30,000 nucleotides of DNA, from positions 1-30,000 of the forward strand of contig DATANL010000550.1 of the NCBI GenBank assembly GCA_036266295.1. Reading direction: 5' to 3'. Every line of letters begins with the position of its first letter. Position 1 is the first letter of the stretch. The notes beneath the pieces are model-generated. The model did no database searches, was not told the origin of the DNA, and saw nothing but the letters and a program-made list of their open reading frames with translations. This stretch comes from Pyrinomonadaceae bacterium (GTDB taxonomy: Bacteria; Acidobacteriota; Blastocatellia; Pyrinomonadales; Pyrinomonadaceae). Position numbers and translations under genes: made by a program. Below are positions 26,684 through 30,000 of this stretch, piece after piece.

Positions 26684-26755
26684 GACTGGAGCGCAACCGT
26701 CTCGGTTGCTACTCTCGAGACACACGCAAGCGAGGACGCTTGCGCTCCAGTCAAG
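26684..26755. repeat. REP doublet, family C, copy 2
   Basis: Arms identical to 10671-10736, with a different 16-nt spacer. Lies between the divergent DUF6335 and acnA promoters. Confidence 0.92.
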
Positions 26756-26771
26756 CGACAAGTTCACGTGC

Positions 26772-26800
26772 TTGACGATTGCAAATCGCGCTCTTAAACT
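26772..26800 (+). promoter_or_regulatory. sigma70-type promoter TTGACG-N17-TAAACT for acnA
   Basis: TTGACG at 26772-26777, a 17-nt spacer, TAAACT at 26795-26800. Confidence 0.7.
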
Positions 26801-26920
26801 TGAATTTGATCATCCACCACGAACGCATTTACCCAGAGAAGCCGTCCGCTTCTTTTACATTCAACTGTGCGCGCAGTACGAGCGCCGGAGCTTCAGACAC
26901 GAGGTCAAAGACAATCACTT

Positions 26921-29857
26921 ATGCCGCATAATCTCTTCAATTCCCTGCAAGACTTCACGCCGAACGCCAATTCATCCGGCCAATTTTATTCGCTGCCGCA
27001 ACTCGAGAAGGAAGGCCTCGGCAAGATTTCCCGGCTGCCGGTGAGCATTCGCATTGTGCTCGAATCGGTCCTGCGAAATTTCGATGGATCGAAGATCACG
27101 GAAGACGACGTGCGCGCAGTTGCGAACTGGCAACCGAATGCCGAACGTACCGAGGAAGTTCCGTTCACGGTCGCGCGAGTGCTGCTGCAGGACTTTACCG
27201 GCGTTCCTTTGTTGGTCGATCTCGCTGCGATGCGATCGGCGGTCGTGCGATTGAACAAGAACCCGGGTGTGATCGAGCCGCTGGTCCCGGTCGATCTCGT
27301 GATCGATCACTCGGTGCAGGTTGATTTCTCAGCCACCTCGGACGCGTTTCGCAAGAACATGGAGATGGAGTTCAAGCGAAACAACTCGCGTTACCAATTT
27401 CTGAAGTGGGGCATGCAGGCGTTTGACGGCTTCCGCGTGATCCCGCCGGGCATCGGGATCTGTCACCAGGTGAATCTTGAATATCTCGCCAAGTGCGTGT
27501 GGGAGAAAAACGACGTTTATTATCCCGACAGCCTGGTCGGGACCGATTCGCATACGACGATGGTCAATGGCTTGAGCGTAGTCGGTTGGGGCGTCGGTGG
27601 AATTGAGGCCGAAGCCGCGATGCTGGGCCAGCCCGTTTACTTCCTGACGCCGGACGTCGTCGGTGTGCACCTGACCGGAAAGCTGCATGAAGGTGTCACC
27701 GCAACCGACCTCGTGTTGGCGGTGACTGAGTTGCTGCGCAAAACAAAAGTCGTCGGCAAGTTCGTCGAGTTTCATGGCGAGGGCGCGGCCTCTCTGTCCG
27801 TCACCGATCGAGCGACCATCGCGAACATGTCGCCGGAATACGGCGCGACCATGGGATATTTTCCGCCGGATGAAGAGACGTGCGCGTACCTGAAAGCGAC
27901 TGGTCGCGACGATGCGCACGTCGAAGCCGTGCGAAATTATTTCAAGGCCCAGGGTCTGTTCGGTATGCCGCGTAAAGGCGATATCGATTACACGGTGGTG
28001 CTGGAACTCGATCTCGAAACGATCGTTCCGAGCGTGGCCGGACCGAAGCGGCCGCAGGACCGCATCGCTCTGCCGGAACTCAAGAACACTTTCATAAATC
28101 TGCTGCAACAGGATGCGAAGAGCGGCGGTTACGGCAAGCCTTTCAGTGAACTCGACGTTCGATATGCCGCTGACATCGGTGCGGGTCAACACGCGCTCGC
28201 GATGATAGTCGGAGGCGGCGAACAACATCCGACGACGGCGCCTTTGCCGAATGTGGACCAGGTCACTCACAAAGACACCAGCGCCTGGACGGAAACCGAA
28301 ATGATGAACAACCGGCCGACGCCCGATCGCGTCGCTGAGGTCCTGCCCGAAGAATTTCCGAGAGCACATGTTGATTTAGGTCACGGCGATGTGCTGATTG
28401 CGGCGATCACTTCGTGCACCAACACGTCGAACCCGAGCGTGATGCTGGCCGCTGGACTGTTGGCGAAGAAGGCAGTCGAGCACGGATTGAAAGTGCGGGC
28501 TACGGTGAAGACCTCGCTGGCTCCAGGTTCGCGCGTGGTGACTGATTATCTCGAGAAGACCGGCTTGCAGCCTTACCTGAATCAACTCGGTTTCAACCTG
28601 GTCGGCTATGGCTGCACGACGTGCATCGGAAATTCCGGCCCACTCGATCCGACGATTGAAGAGATGGTCAACGACCATGACTTGATTGCCGTCAGCGTGC
28701 TTTCAGGCAATCGCAATTTCGAAGCGCGCGTTCATCAGAGCATCAAAGCGAATTTTCTGATGAGCCCGCCGCTGGTCGTGGCCTTTGCGCTCGCCGGCAC
28801 TGTCGAGAAAGACCTGTCGAAAGATCCCCTGGGCCAGAATGAACAAGGCGAAGATGTTTTTCTGAAGGACATCTGGCCGACGATGGATGAGATCGGCGCG
28901 GTAATGAGCGATGCGCTGGATGCTGAGACCTTCCGCAGCCTCTACGCAAATTTTGCCGATCAAAATCCGATGTGGAACTCGATTCCGACCACGCCGGGTT
29001 TGACCTATCAATGGGACGGGAACTCCACCTACATCCAGGAGCCGCCGTTCTTCGAAGGCTTTGGCGCCGAAGCCGGCGAGATGGCGAATATTGAAGGCGC
29101 TCGACCGCTGGCGATCTTCGGCGATTCAGTCACGACGGATCACATCAGTCCCGCCGGAGCGATCAAAGCGACGTCACCGGCCGGCGTTTATCTGCAACAG
29201 AAGCGCGTCGACGTCGCAGACTTCAACAGCTACGGCTCGCGGCGCGGCAATCATGAAGTGATGATGCGCGGCACTTTCGCGAACGTGCGTATCAAGAACC
29301 TGATGGTGCCCGGAACTGAAGGCGGCGTCACGGTTCATCGATCGGCAGATCAAACTGACGGTGAACGCATGAGCATCTACGACGCGGCGATGAAATATCA
29401 AAGCGAAGGCACACCGCTGGTGGTGGTCGCCGGACAGGAGTACGGCACCGGCTCATCGCGCGACTGGGCCGCGAAGGGAACGCGGCTGCTGGGAATAAAA
29501 GCGGTAGTGGCGGAGAGTTTCGAACGCATTCATCGCAGCAACCTTGTAGGCATGGGCGTCCTGCCGTGCCAATTCAAAGAAGGCATCAACGCTGCGTCCT
29601 TGAATCTCGACGGCACCGAGACCTTCGACATCACCGGTCTTGTCCCGACGGATCAAAATTCGAACGGCTCAGGCAAAGGATTCGAAGTCACGCCGCGCAT
29701 GGATGTCACACTCACGATTCACCGCGCCGACGGATCGGATGAACAAGTGCCATTGACTCTTCGCATCGACACGCCGATCGAGATTGATTACTACCTGCAC
29801 GGCGGGATTTTGCCGTATGTGTTGCGGCAGTTGTTGGCAGGGACGACGGGGTTTTAA
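26921..29857 (+). CDS. acnA: Aconitate hydratase A, 978 aa
   Basis: [90 protein letters not shown]. Start moved from 26867 to ATG 26921. Confidence 0.98.
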   Translation: MPHNLFNSLQDFTPNANSSGQFYSLPQLEKEGLGKISRLPVSIRIVLESVLRNFDGSKITEDDVRAVANWQPNAERTEEVPFTVARVLLQDFTGVPLLVDLAAMRSAVVRLNKNPGVIEPLVPVDLVIDHSVQVDFSATSDAFRKNMEMEFKRNNSRYQFLKWGMQAFDGFRVIPPGIGICHQVNLEYLAKCVWEKNDVYYPDSLVGTDSHTTMVNGLSVVGWGVGGIEAEAAMLGQPVYFLTPDVVGVHLTGKLHEGVTATDLVLAVTELLRKTKVVGKFVEFHGEGAASLSVTDRATIANMSPEYGATMGYFPPDEETCAYLKATGRDDAHVEAVRNYFKAQGLFGMPRKGDIDYTVVLELDLETIVPSVAGPKRPQDRIALPELKNTFINLLQQDAKSGGYGKPFSELDVRYAADIGAGQHALAMIVGGGEQHPTTAPLPNVDQVTHKDTSAWTETEMMNNRPTPDRVAEVLPEEFPRAHVDLGHGDVLIAAITSCTNTSNPSVMLAAGLLAKKAVEHGLKVRATVKTSLAPGSRVVTDYLEKTGLQPYLNQLGFNLVGYGCTTCIGNSGPLDPTIEEMVNDHDLIAVSVLSGNRNFEARVHQSIKANFLMSPPLVVAFALAGTVEKDLSKDPLGQNEQGEDVFLKDIWPTMDEIGAVMSDALDAETFRSLYANFADQNPMWNSIPTTPGLTYQWDGNSTYIQEPPFFEGFGAEAGEMANIEGARPLAIFGDSVTTDHISPAGAIKATSPAGVYLQQKRVDVADFNSYGSRRGNHEVMMRGTFANVRIKNLMVPGTEGGVTVHRSADQTDGERMSIYDAAMKYQSEGTPLVVVAGQEYGTGSSRDWAAKGTRLLGIKAVVAESFERIHRSNLVGMGVLPCQFKEGINAASLNLDGTETFDITGLVPTDQNSNGSGKGFEVTPRMDVTLTIHRADGSDEQVPLTLRIDTPIEIDYYLHGGILPYVLRQLLAGTTGF

Positions 29858-29955
29858 CTATGGTTCAAACGACCCCAGAGTAATCGCGCAAAGAGCCGTT
29901 AGCTTAGGTGAATTCTGTTTCAGGTTTGTGGCTTAAAGGAGCTATCATTGTTGCC

Positions 29956-30000
29956 ATGAAGCTTCGCTTAGTTGTCGAATTCGATCCTGAAAGCAAACGT
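29956..30000 (+). CDS. Probable HicB-family antitoxin, N-terminus only (truncated by window)
   Basis: MKLRLVVEFDPESKR resembles the first beta-strand of HicB-like proteins. A TATCAT -10-like box lies just upstream. Only 15 codons are visible. Confidence 0.45.
   Translation, partial: MKLRLVVEFDPESKR

Noticed and set aside
10671-26755. REP copies considered as CRISPR repeats
   Set aside because: They are dispersed inverted doublets, not a regularly spaced direct-repeat array, and no cas genes are present.

Overview
A GC-rich bacterial chromosomal window, most likely from Acidobacteriota (Blastocatellia/Pyrinomonadaceae-like; inferred from the VWFA-type protein, gene content and repeat types). 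In order it holds: (1) an accessory locus of a small beta-rich protein, a large secreted/outer-membrane-like protein and a patatin-like phospholipase that runs off the left edge and is missing from the ORF track; (2) DUF488 and a small CxxC/CxxC protein; (3) an mtnA-pgi-gnd-zwf operon whose pgi looks like the PGI half of a transaldolase/PGI fusion; (4) DinB; (5) a compact cobalamin riboswitch controlling btuF-btuC-DUF71(Dph6-like)-btuD-TonB receptor; (6) DUF4383, a VWA protein, a secreted hypothetical protein, gatB, an SDR, dtd and a cyclophilin lipoprotein; (7) a REP-associated tyrosine transposase (RAYT) bracketed by inverted REP doublets; (8) a secreted alpha/beta hydrolase, DUF6335, acnA and the start of a probable HicB gene. 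The non-coding DNA is the most striking part. There are 11 REP/REPIN-type elements from at least four sequence families, plus heptamer arrays. Several REPs keep a GGAGC tag and TCC-type loop while their stems covary, most sit within 8 nt of a stop codon, and one appears inserted in frame into the btuF signal-peptide region just behind the riboswitch. No tRNA, rRNA or CRISPR array was seen.
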